DNA of 20,000 bases from an uncultured virus (IMG/VR IMGVR_UViG_3300028886_001624) (taxonomy: Duplodnaviria; Heunggongvirae; Uroviricota; Caudoviricetes). The notes below the pieces were generated by a model. The model was not told the DNA's origin, ran no database searches, and saw only the letters and a list, made by a program, of their open reading frames with translations. The stretch's first letter is position 1. Each line of letters starts with the position of its first letter. Shown one piece after another: positions 6,178-14,266 of the stretch. Position numbers and translations under genes: made by a program. The stretch is from positions 115,816-135,815 of the IMG/VR virus record IMGVR_UViG_3300028886_001624; one strand, 5' to 3'.

Positions 6178-6804
6178 TCAATAGGCTGCGACTGCTGCGA
6201 CTGCTGCGGTGGCTAACACTTCTGCCGGACGGATTGAGAATCCGGCTTGTGTGATGCTTGTCACATTAGAGAGTGTGAGAAGATTAAATTCCTCACTATT
6301 CTTTCCCTTTTCCAAACCTATCTCCTTCTGTGTGGACGATAACTTGTCCTTGTCCTTCTTTCCGGCCTTCCATGCCGTAATTTGCTCCTTTAAGGCCGGG
6401 TCGGTAACTTGTATTCCATCGAGGAACAGATAGGTATCAATATCACAAGCCTCTCTTTTCTCGTTACGCTGCAACTTCAAGTAAATTTTACTCTCTGTGC
6501 TTTTGTCCGTTGAGAAGAATTCGGGGTAAAGGCTGCAAGGTTTGTGCCAGTTGTCCTTCAATTTGGCTTCCACCTTTTCTCCGGTGGCTCTCTCGGCTGC
6601 ACCCTCAATGCAAGCCTTATAGTCCATCCCGAGGCCGTAGCCATGATAAACACTCTTTTGGGTCACTCTACCTAAATACGGGTTTCTGTTATTACCCCGT
6701 CCTTTGTTCATGGAGTAATCTTTTTCAAGAATGACTACGGTACCGGCTCCCTTCTTAATGTTTTGAGCGATAACGCTCATAACATAAATTTCAATTTCTT
6801 TCAT
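6178..6804 (-). CDS. hypothetical phage protein (208 aa; NPYLGRV motif, Ala-rich C-terminus)
   Basis: Long ORF with its own promoter and terminator. Confidence 0.85.
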   Translation of the reverse strand: MKEIEIYVMSVIAQNIKKGAGTVVILEKDYSMNKGRGNNRNPYLGRVTQKSVYHGYGLGMDYKACIEGAAERATGEKVEAKLKDNWHKPCSLYPEFFSTDKSTESKIYLKLQRNEKREACDIDTYLFLDGIQVTDPALKEQITAWKAGKKDKDKLSSTQKEIGLEKGKNSEEFNLLTLSNVTSITQAGFSIRPAEVLATAAVAAVAAY

Positions 6805-6859
6805 AACATTGAATGTTTAGTGTAACAATAATTTAAAGAACTCCTTTGTCTTATTAAGA

Positions 6860-6896
6860 CAATGCAAAATTACCCCAAAAAACCGATATAACAAAC
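6860..6896 (-). promoter_or_regulatory. canonical Bacteroidota promoter
   Basis: Minus strand TTTG(6892-6895)-N19-TAATTTTG(6865-6872). Confidence 0.8.
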
Positions 6897-7100
6897 ATTT
6901 TCGGTAATTTTGAAGCCTTATTTGCAAAAAAACGAAAAAAAATGCCTTGAAACGCTATGAACGTGCATGCAAAAAAAGCGATTTATTGTGCAATAAGAAA
7001 TTTAACTTTTTATTATATAGGAGAATATCCTGCCATATATACATTATTATATTATAGGGAATTTTCAAATTATTTTCATTTTATGTTGTCAAACATATTT

Positions 7101-7140
7101 TTTTTGTTGTGTATTTCAAAAAATCGCCGTACCTTTGCAG
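7101..7140 (+). promoter_or_regulatory. promoter of sigma factor gene
   Basis: TTG-N20-TACCTTTG (7130-7137). Confidence 0.75.
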
Positions 7141-7186
7141 CAGATTTAGAAAGAAATATAGTCAAACAAGTTAAACAACATTTAGT

Positions 7187-7870
7187 ATGAAAAAGATTTT
7201 CTTCAAAGAAAATTCTTCTGTCCATAGGACGGAAAATTTAGAGAGATTCTGTGTGGAAATGCGCAGAGTAACGAGAGTAACCAACAACCGCAACAGTGAG
7301 GAAGAATTTAGTAACTTGCTTGCCGAGGCACAGGAAGGTAATACCGCTTCTCGGAACAAGTTAGTAGAAAAGCATCTTCGTCTTGCCTATAGTGTGGCTG
7401 CACATTATAACGGCATGGCAGAATTTGAAGATTTACTTCAAACGGCATCTATCGGCTTAATAAAGGCCATAGAAAACTATCGTAGCACTGATGGCTTATT
7501 TAGTTCCTACGCAGTTATGACTATGCGTAGGGAAATTACGCACGAACTAACCGCAAACGGCCGGAAGTTTGGGCATGAAGTAAAGAGCATTGACGAGCCG
7601 TTAGAAGGTGCAGAAGGCGCAGGAAACGAGCGTTTCAGTGACCTTTGCGCCGGAACATCACATGCAGACGATATTGTCAGCGCAGACGAAAGAACAAGAG
7701 AGATTAAGAAGTATATATCTTTCTTGACAGAGCCGGAGGCAAAAATTATCTTAGGTGAATTTTTGCAGGACGAAACCGATTTTACTATGAGTTTAAAACT
7801 CGGTGTATGTGTTGAAAGAATACAACAGATAAAGCGCAGTGCTCTGAAAAAATTAAGAGAACTGATGTAA
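7187..7870 (+). CDS. RNA polymerase sigma-70 family factor (phage-encoded)
   Basis: Region 2: RNKLVEKHLRLAYSVA...EDLLQTASIGLIKAIENY...FSSYAV; region 3 SIDEPL; region 4 ERIQQIKRSALKKLR. Confidence 0.92.
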   Translation: MKKIFFKENSSVHRTENLERFCVEMRRVTRVTNNRNSEEEFSNLLAEAQEGNTASRNKLVEKHLRLAYSVAAHYNGMAEFEDLLQTASIGLIKAIENYRSTDGLFSSYAVMTMRREITHELTANGRKFGHEVKSIDEPLEGAEGAGNERFSDLCAGTSHADDIVSADERTREIKKYISFLTEPEAKIILGEFLQDETDFTMSLKLGVCVERIQQIKRSALKKLRELM

Positions 7871-7885
7871 GATTAAGAATATAGA

Positions 7886-7916
7886 AGGCGGAGCGCAGTA
7901 TTCCCTCCGCCTTTTT
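7886..7916 (+). terminator. intrinsic terminator
   Basis: AAGGCGGAG...CTCCGCCTT followed by TT after the sigma gene. Confidence 0.85.
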
Positions 7917-7968
7917 CTATTTCTTTACTTTTTAAAAAAATAGTCACCTACCTATTACGTTTTTAAAA

Positions 7969-7984
7969 TGTTCCACATGGAACA
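7969..7984. promoter_or_regulatory. parS-like 16-bp palindrome
   Basis: TGTTCCACATGGAACA versus the universal parS consensus TGTTTCACGTGAAACA and its variant TGTTCCACGTGGAACA (1 mismatch). Confidence 0.55.
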
Positions 7985-8074
7985 TTCCCCACACCCCCCC
8001 CTATATACCCCCCACCTATGTAACCCCCGCCCCCCTACGGGATTTTTAGTACCCAAAAAGGTGGAACAGTTTCC

Positions 8075-8408
8075 TAAATATTTTCCTGGAAAAAATTCTG
8101 ATGTTTTAAAAAAGAGACATGTGTTAAAAAATTTTGAAAAAAAATTCTAATGATTTAAAAATGATGCACATTAAATATTTCCTGGAAAAAATTCTGATGG
8201 TTTAAGAAAAGACATATGTTAAAAAAAAATTGGAAAAAAAAATTAGTATATTTTATTATGGGCTAAGTCTCTAAAAAAAATTTTGGAGAAAAAATTTTGA
8301 TGATTTAAAAAAGAGACATGTGTTAAAAAAAATTCCGGAAAAAATTTTTCTAATGTTTTACGGAGACCTCTTAAAAAAAATTTTGGAAAAAAATTTTAAC
8401 GTTTTAAA
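8075..8408. repeat. array of seven ~49-bp A/T-tract repeats
   Basis: Core AAAAA-TT(TT/CC)-GG-AAAAAA-TT with first G at 8088, 8136, 8184, 8232, 8285, 8337, 8385; GACAT(G/A)TGTT every second unit. Confidence 0.85.
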
Positions 8409-8431
8409 ATACAGTTGCCTTTACTTATCTA

Positions 8432-8890
8432 TTATTTTATTGAACTGAGTGTGTCGAATATTTTCCTTAAGGGTGACTCGTTGACCCTTATGGAACTTAG
8501 TGTGCCAAATATTTCCCTTAAGCGTGGTTCGTTGACCTTTTGTGTTTCGTCGTTAAGGTTAACCGTCAAATGGTTTAGGAAGTTGGTCGCCCAAGTGTCA
8601 CTAACGTTACGCCAAAATCCGGAACCTTCCGGTGTGTTTGCCCACTCAAAGGCGGTTATAAAGATGCTCTGCTTAAAGGACACCGTGGAATTAATTTCCT
8701 TGAAGTGACATAACATTAACTTCAAGTTACTAGTTTTGTTCTTCCACCTACTTCTTCCAACAACACACAACGCGCTATATTTTCTGAACGAGTGGTAACA
8801 CTTGTTGTGCTTGAGGAAAAGTACGAACAAGAAAAGAAATTCTTGTCTGTTTATGACGTAGGTTGACAAATCTTTTAGTTTATCTTTCAC
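8432..8890 (-). CDS. paralog family A protein (FLK..CY.SF ... FxWxxTPEGxxFW)
   Basis: AFEWANTPEGSGFW motif shared with 4 neighbours; C-terminal 17-aa duplication. Confidence 0.85.
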   Translation of the reverse strand: MKDKLKDLSTYVINRQEFLFLFVLFLKHNKCYHSFRKYSALCVVGRSRWKNKTSNLKLMLCHFKEINSTVSFKQSIFITAFEWANTPEGSGFWRNVSDTWATNFLNHLTVNLNDETQKVNEPRLREIFGTLSSIRVNESPLRKIFDTLSSIK

Positions 8891-9320
8891 GGTGCTTGTT
8901 TAAGTCTACGATGTTTTTTAGTATGGACTCATGGAAACAATCTCTTGTCAAACGCTTGTAGAGTTCAAACTCGGTTTCTGTCAGCGTCCTAACTATTACG
9001 TCCTTGAGGAGTGTTCCGTTGTTGAGGTATAGTGTAAGACAAGTTTCCATCGGACAAGGGGCGTAGTTGTCATACTTAGATGACAAGTAAAGCGTATAAA
9101 TGCCTAGAACAACACTTTTCTTATCGTCGTACTTTGTCACCGTCTTCACGTAATAACACTCGTTGCTCGTTGCGAAGAGAAGCGGGCGTCCCTTGTACTC
9201 GTTGATTTCATGAGTGAACGTAAGCCGCTTGTTAAAGACGTAACCGCCGTCATCCAAGTTAAAGTTAACTTGGAAATAAACCACGTCGTTTGTGTAAAAT
9301 TTATGAGCCATTTTTATCAT
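8880..9320 (-). CDS. paralog family B protein (YVFNK...YKGRPLLF...RTLTETEFELY)
   Basis: Motifs shared with 9332-9694 and 10312-10740. Confidence 0.85.
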   Translation of the reverse strand: MIKMAHKFYTNDVVYFQVNFNLDDGGYVFNKRLTFTHEINEYKGRPLLFATSNECYYVKTVTKYDDKKSVVLGIYTLYLSSKYDNYAPCPMETCLTLYLNNGTLLKDVIVRTLTETEFELYKRLTRDCFHESILKNIVDLNKHRER

Positions 9321-9331
9321 TTTATTATTAT

Positions 9332-9694
9332 TTACTTAAGGGTACCGTACGGAACGAGCCGTGAGAATCCACATCTGTACTTGAGTGTGAGTCTCCGGTA
9401 GAGTTCAAACTCTGTTTCTGTTAAGGTTCTAATAACCATTTCATTGCAGTTGACGTGCAGCACGGTTTCCCTTGGCGTGAGGCTTGTGGAACAGTTGTTC
9501 AAGAGGGAAGAAAACATAACCGTGTACATTCCACGGACCGTACCGCGTTCAACGTCACACTCTGTTATGGTCTTGACGTAACCTCCGTCATCTTCTATGA
9601 AGAGAAGTGGTCGCCCCTTGTACTTGTTAACGTCATAAAGATTTATTTCTTTATTGAAGACGTAATCGATATTTTCTTCAAATTTTGAAATCAT
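9332..9694 (-). CDS. paralog family B protein
   Basis: DYVFNK, YKGRPLLF, YVKTIT, RTLTETEFELYRRLT. Confidence 0.85.
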   Translation of the reverse strand: MISKFEENIDYVFNKEINLYDVNKYKGRPLLFIEDDGGYVKTITECDVERGTVRGMYTVMFSSLLNNCSTSLTPRETVLHVNCNEMVIRTLTETEFELYRRLTLKYRCGFSRLVPYGTLK

Positions 9695-9761
9695 TTTTTT
9701 TCTTTATTTATTTTATCTTGGTATGAAACTCTTCAGTTCTTCAAAAGAGTGCAGCGTTTTG

Positions 9762-10277
9762 TTAAAATGGTAGTCCATGTGTGGGTGTGTTTGTTAAACC
9801 GCTAGTCCACCTAGTGTGGCGGTGTGGTGGCTTAGTGTGTTTTAAGATTTTTTTGTCAACTGAGGCGGCAACCTCTGTTATTTCTTTGGGTAGCGGTGTT
9901 CGGGGTTCCGGCCATTCCATGAGATAGTTGACGTTTGACTCTTCCAATCCTCTTGCGGACAAGTTTTCTATGAGTTTATTCATTCTAAGAGACAAGACAT
10001 CGTTGAATTTGCAGTGCAAGTTGTGCCAAAACTTATAACCTTGTGGAGTGTGGTCCCAAACAAAGGAGTCGAAAATTATTCTCTCAAATCTTAAGAAATG
10101 TCTAGTGCTGATAATTATCCAAAAGAAGGCAAATATTTTCGGTTTGTGACCGTGTCTAGCACCAAAACAGTAAAAACTCGGATTATTTGTGAAACACCGG
10201 TAGACATTATCCTTGTACGCCTTGTAGGCGTTGTTCATTTTCAAGAAATCTATGAAAAACTTTTGATTTTGGGTCAT
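9762..10277 (-). CDS. paralog family A protein
   Basis: FLKMNNAYKAY...SFVWDHTPQGYKFWHNLH. Confidence 0.8.
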   Translation of the reverse strand: MTQNQKFFIDFLKMNNAYKAYKDNVYRCFTNNPSFYCFGARHGHKPKIFAFFWIIISTRHFLRFERIIFDSFVWDHTPQGYKFWHNLHCKFNDVLSLRMNKLIENLSARGLEESNVNYLMEWPEPRTPLPKEITEVAASVDKKILKHTKPPHRHTRWTSGLTNTPTHGLPF

Positions 10278-10311
10278 TTTTGTTTATTTTTTTATTTATT
10301 ATTATTGTTGT

Positions 10312-10740
10312 TCAAAAAACTCCTTTGGAATACATGCTAGAAGATTTTATTCTTGCGATTCTTGAGTTCAACTTGTTTAAAACATCCAAGTATCTTAACT
10401 TCTTGGTCATTCTGTTATAGAGTTCAAACTCGGTTTCTGTCAGCGTCCTTACGGTAAACATTTCTTTTGTTGTGTCAATCGAAAACACGGTTGTGCCAAA
10501 GTTAATGTCCATTATCACGCGCTCATCGCTAGTTTTATCAAAATTTGGTTTGTGAAGCCAAACGGTAACGGTAAACTTTCCCCTAATCTCCAAGAACTTA
10601 TTGTTTACGTTATTTATGCCGGTGACGTGTTTTATATAACAACTTCCTTTTGAGAAGGTGGGCAGACAACAGACCGGTTTTCCTACGTACTGTTTCAATT
10701 CTTCAATGGTTCCTAAGTATTTGTTAAAGACGTAATCCAT
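10312..10740 (-). CDS. paralog family B protein
   Basis: DYVFNK, YVGKPV, YIKHVT, RTLTETEFELYNRMT. Confidence 0.85.
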   Translation of the reverse strand: MDYVFNKYLGTIEELKQYVGKPVCCLPTFSKGSCYIKHVTGINNVNNKFLEIRGKFTVTVWLHKPNFDKTSDERVIMDINFGTTVFSIDTTKEMFTVRTLTETEFELYNRMTKKLRYLDVLNKLNSRIARIKSSSMYSKGVF

Positions 10741-10763
10741 TTGGGTGGTTTTTATTATTTGAT

Positions 10764-11165
10764 TTATTTATCTGTTTCCGTGTTGAATATTTTATTGAAC
10801 AGTTCTTTCATGAGTTCACGTCTCACTTCCGGTGTGTTGCTGTCGGTGACGTTTAAAAGGTGTGCCATGTTGGACCATAATTGACTTATGAGAGACCAAA
10901 AGACAAAACCTTCCTTGGTGTTGTCCCAAACGAAAGCCCTCCTAACTAGTGCGTCCTTGTTGTGGTTGTTCGGGTAGGTAAATAATTTTTCAGAGTTCCT
11001 TTTGTCTGAGAAATATTTTTTTAACCCACCTTTGGAGGCTGCGTGGTCTGACACGTTCTTTCTTAGGTTTTCAAAGAAGGAAGAATAACCTCCTACCTTC
11101 TTCAGAAACAGCCCTAGCAAGAAAATCACCTCTTGGTTGTTTATGTCGTATTTTTGTTGTGCCAT
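10764..11165 (-). CDS. paralog family A protein
   Basis: INNQEVIFLLGLFLKK...AFVWDNTKEGFVFW. Confidence 0.85.
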   Translation of the reverse strand: MAQQKYDINNQEVIFLLGLFLKKVGGYSSFFENLRKNVSDHAASKGGLKKYFSDKRNSEKLFTYPNNHNKDALVRRAFVWDNTKEGFVFWSLISQLWSNMAHLLNVTDSNTPEVRRELMKELFNKIFNTETDK

Positions 11166-11188
11166 AATATCTTTTTCTTTTTAATTTA

Positions 11189-11566
11189 TTAATGTCCCCT
11201 TATTATAAGAGAGTTGCAGATTTCCTCTATGAGAGGATGTCTGACACGTTGTAACGGCTCGTCAACTATGTTGAGGTGGTCTGAGATTGTCCTCCACTCG
11301 GCACTCCTTATGGCCCAAAACATGTGTCCTTCAGCGGTGTCTCCCCACGTGAACGAGGTCATTATAATGTTACACTTACAGTAACACATTGAATCAGAGT
11401 TGTACGGTATTAAACTCAGTATGGTCTTTAGTGGTATCGGCTTCCCGGCGAAGTAGTTTTTAATTACGGAATATTTTATGAACGACCGGTAGCACCTATG
11501 GTGCTTTAGGTAAAACGTAAAAATAAAAAACAGTTCTTGGCCGTTTATGTTGTATTTATCTCCCAT
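11189..11566 (-). CDS. paralog family A protein
   Basis: INGQELFFIFTFYLKHHRCYRSF...SFTWGDTAEGHMFW. Confidence 0.85.
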   Translation of the reverse strand: MGDKYNINGQELFFIFTFYLKHHRCYRSFIKYSVIKNYFAGKPIPLKTILSLIPYNSDSMCYCKCNIIMTSFTWGDTAEGHMFWAIRSAEWRTISDHLNIVDEPLQRVRHPLIEEICNSLIIRGH

Positions 11567-11567
11567 T

Positions 11568-11972
11568 CTATCGACTTATTAATATTTTGAACACGTGTTC
11601 CATCCAAGGTTGGTCAACCCCTTGTCTTTCTTCGTCATCCACAAACAAACGGTCTAGGAACTTACGTTCCCAATCATTGTGCAAGTTCCACCAAAAGTCC
11701 GGACCCTCCGGAGTCTCTTGCCAATTGAAGGCTCTCATGAAAACATTTGAGCGTATGTAAGTCGTAGAATTTAATGAGTTAAGTTCGGTGAAATTGATGA
11801 ACAATCCTTTGAGTTTGTTAAATCCTTCGTGGCACTTTACGACATATTTCGCCGCGTGTTCCTTAAACGAGTGGTAACACTTGTGGTATTTTAGGAAATA
11901 CGTGAAGAGCATTGTTAATTCCTCCCGGCTGACCGTGAAATATCCGGTATCATCAATTTTTATTTTTGCCAT
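11568..11972 (-). CDS. paralog family A protein (134 aa; true start MAKIKIDD at 11972)
   Basis: YFLKYHKCYHSF...AFNWQETPEGPDFW; start lies just downstream of the promoter at 12005-12035. Confidence 0.85.
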   Translation of the reverse strand: MAKIKIDDTGYFTVSREELTMLFTYFLKYHKCYHSFKEHAAKYVVKCHEGFNKLKGLFINFTELNSLNSTTYIRSNVFMRAFNWQETPEGPDFWWNLHNDWERKFLDRLFVDDEERQGVDQPWMEHVFKILISR

Positions 11973-12000
11973 CTTTTTCTCCTTTATTAAGCATATGGTT

Positions 12001-12035
12001 AATGCAAAGATATATAAAAAATGTGAGAAAACAAA
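12001..12035 (-). promoter_or_regulatory. Bacteroidota promoter for the paralog operon
   Basis: Minus TTTG(12032-12035)-N19-TATCTTTG(12005-12012). Confidence 0.8.
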
Positions 12036-12098
12036 CAATGGTATATTTATATTAAGATTTTTTAAAGGTTTTAGAGATTTTTTATAAGAGAGAAAAAA

Positions 12099-13328
12099 AT
12101 GGGAAAAATGGTTAATGTTTTTATGACACCAAGACAGTTTGGAGTGATTGAGGAAGCAAATTGGAACTTCCACAGAGGGTCGGTTGACAACTTGAGGCCG
12201 TATGTGAGCGACAACAAGTATCACATGGGAGGAAGGGAAACCGGGCATTTCGGCAGCGGGACGTATTTCTCCACGTACAAGAACTCTAGCGGCTTGGACA
12301 AGTATCGCTCTGAGGGCGGTGACCGTAGGTTTGTGTCGGTCGGTGACGGCGTGTACCGCGTTGACCTAGATATTTATAAGAATCTGTACAAGGTTAGGAG
12401 CAAGAGACAAGGTGACGTTCTCTATACCTTGCTTAAAAACGTTAACCGTCTTGGAAACAGAATTGCCTACTTGGGAGAGTTTAGGCGCGGGTTGGCTTCG
12501 TATGACAATGCCGACTTGTACCAAGTTATAAGGGCAAACGCTAAGGGGCTTGGACTCAAGTGTCCCTCATACTATGAACTCACTAGGATGGCGCAGCGGT
12601 TGGGGATGGACCAAAATGACGTTAGGTCGCTGTCAACCGTGTTCATGGAGTTCAACGGCTACAACGGAGTGGACGTGAGCGGTGTGGAGTATTACGACAA
12701 CACGAAGCACGGGTCTGTAATTTATGACATGTCCAAGATTGGCGGTGAGGTCGAGGAGGTTATGCCGAAATCGTTATATACGGGGTATAAGGATTCACCG
12801 TATGACAACTCAGTCGTTAGGGACGGTATCACGGACAAGAGGATTGAGTCGCTGAAAGGTGAAAATGCGTTTTGGGTGAAAGACCTTGACGGAATGCCGG
12901 TAAGCGAGGCCATGAGGCTGCTTAAGAACTATACGGACAGCGGGAACGCATTGGACTCCTATGAGTTCGATTCACTGAATGATGACTTGGCAAGCCGGTA
13001 CCTTAGACTCTTGTTTGTCAAGGACCCGAACTATGACTATTGGGGGGAAACGATTATTGACCGGATTTTGGAAGGACGGTACGGAAAGGGGTACTTGGAA
13101 CGGATTGAAAAACTTGGAGCATACTATTGGGTAAACTACTTGTCGAAGAAGAGTTCCGGACTCATTGCCTTTCTCAAAAGGTTCGGCATGGAATTGGATT
13201 GGAGCCTTGATGCGGAAGAGGAGAATAGGATGAAGAAGGGATATTTGGACAAGTTGACAAGGTATTTGCAGAGGGACTTGACGGAAGACGAAAGGGAGTA
13301 CATTGACAAAAGATACTACAGCATCTGA
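12099..13328 (+). CDS. 409-aa protein with putative ADP-ribosyltransferase-like N-terminal domain
   Basis: FHRG...GHFGSGTYFST...GYNGVD...SVIYD resembles the HG/G.G.YF/GYDG pattern of PARP-like or ART-PolyVal folds; not confirmed. Confidence 0.6.
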   Translation: MGKMVNVFMTPRQFGVIEEANWNFHRGSVDNLRPYVSDNKYHMGGRETGHFGSGTYFSTYKNSSGLDKYRSEGGDRRFVSVGDGVYRVDLDIYKNLYKVRSKRQGDVLYTLLKNVNRLGNRIAYLGEFRRGLASYDNADLYQVIRANAKGLGLKCPSYYELTRMAQRLGMDQNDVRSLSTVFMEFNGYNGVDVSGVEYYDNTKHGSVIYDMSKIGGEVEEVMPKSLYTGYKDSPYDNSVVRDGITDKRIESLKGENAFWVKDLDGMPVSEAMRLLKNYTDSGNALDSYEFDSLNDDLASRYLRLLFVKDPNYDYWGETIIDRILEGRYGKGYLERIEKLGAYYWVNYLSKKSSGLIAFLKRFGMELDWSLDAEEENRMKKGYLDKLTRYLQRDLTEDEREYIDKRYYSI

Positions 13329-13711
13329 ATCCATTCAGTGTAGTTTTCTCCATTGGTTTTGAGTGAAAATCTTTTCTTTAGAGTTTTGTAGTTCTTGTTA
13401 AGAAAATCACGCCATTCCACGTAAATCAAGTACGGGTAGTCTCTTTTCTTGGTTAGGTGAGAAAATAGTTGGTTGGAGTTTTTGTCCATGTTATAGACCA
13501 TTAAGCCTATAACATAGTTTAGATTACAAATCGTTGGATTCTCCATGGCTCTTTCGAGGGTGCTGATAACAATGTGTAGGTTATTTGACGATACTATTTT
13601 ACTGTCTATATTGGAATAGCACGATAGGAACATCGGTCCAAGCAGCCTCCTTTCCTTTAGGAAGTGCAAGAGAATCTTCTTTGCGACATTCTGATTATCT
13701 TTTTGTTCCAT
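13316..13711 (-). CDS. hypothetical protein (131 aa), possibly a distant family A member
   Basis: ILLHFLKERR N-terminus and EWRDFL resemble family A but TxEG is absent; own promoter at 13741-13772. Confidence 0.75.
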   Translation of the reverse strand: MEQKDNQNVAKKILLHFLKERRLLGPMFLSCYSNIDSKIVSSNNLHIVISTLERAMENPTICNLNYVIGLMVYNMDKNSNQLFSHLTKKRDYPYLIYVEWRDFLNKNYKTLKKRFSLKTNGENYTEWIQML

Positions 13712-13736
13712 TTTTTCTTATTATAGTCTTATGATT

Positions 13737-13772
13737 AATGCAAAGATATATAAAAAATCTGAGAAAAACAAA
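13737..13772 (-). promoter_or_regulatory. Bacteroidota promoter
   Basis: Minus TTTG-N20-TATCTTTG (13741-13748); closely similar to 12001-12035. Confidence 0.8.
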
Positions 13773-13813
13773 ATATCGGTGATATTTATCTTTTGAGAAG
13801 AAGTTTTTTAAAT

Positions 13814-14218
13814 ATGGGAGTATTCGATAACATAGCCAAATCAATTGACGATAAGTCTTCAATGAGGGTTGACAGCGTGACACTGTTGGCTTCTGCCATC
13901 ATGGGTGTAATATTGGGCTTGGTGATATGCTTTGTGCTGATATATGACGTGACATACGACGGGGAGGTCAACACGGAACTTGATGACTTGGGCATATTCT
14001 TGCTGTGCTCCGGTGCCTACATACTTGGGTCCGGTGTACCGAAGGCTTATGTCGACTCTAGGCTGAAGACGCGCTCTTGGGTTGAGGCCGAGAAGATGAG
14101 GGCCGAAGCGGAGGAGGACGTTGAGGACGTTAGGTTCGAGAGGGAAAGAAGGAGAAGGCAGATGATGGATGTCGAGAAGGCTGAGGAACCTTGCGGTGAA
14201 AATGAGGATGATGCCTAA
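13814..14218 (+). CDS. two-TM membrane protein, holin-like (start MGVFDN at 13814)
   Basis: Hydrophobic segments VTLLASAIMGVILGLVICFVLIY and LGIFLLCSGAYILGSGV plus a highly charged C-tail. Confidence 0.6.
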   Translation: MGVFDNIAKSIDDKSSMRVDSVTLLASAIMGVILGLVICFVLIYDVTYDGEVNTELDDLGIFLLCSGAYILGSGVPKAYVDSRLKTRSWVEAEKMRAEAEEDVEDVRFERERRRRQMMDVEKAEEPCGENEDDA

Positions 14219-14266
14219 ATTTTTTCTAAGTGTGTGATATTTATTGCTATAAAATAAATTATTATT

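Noticed and set aside
7968..8150. 60-aa ORF and 6957-7190 ORF
   Set aside because: Translations of low-complexity or promoter DNA with no protein-like features
8075..8408. CRISPR array
   Set aside because: Repeats are degenerate low-complexity A/T tracts, intervening parts are themselves repeated, and no cas genes are visible
8432..11972. Diversity-generating retroelement behind the paralog array
   Set aside because: No reverse transcriptase and no ~100-bp TR/VR pair with adenine-specific mismatches
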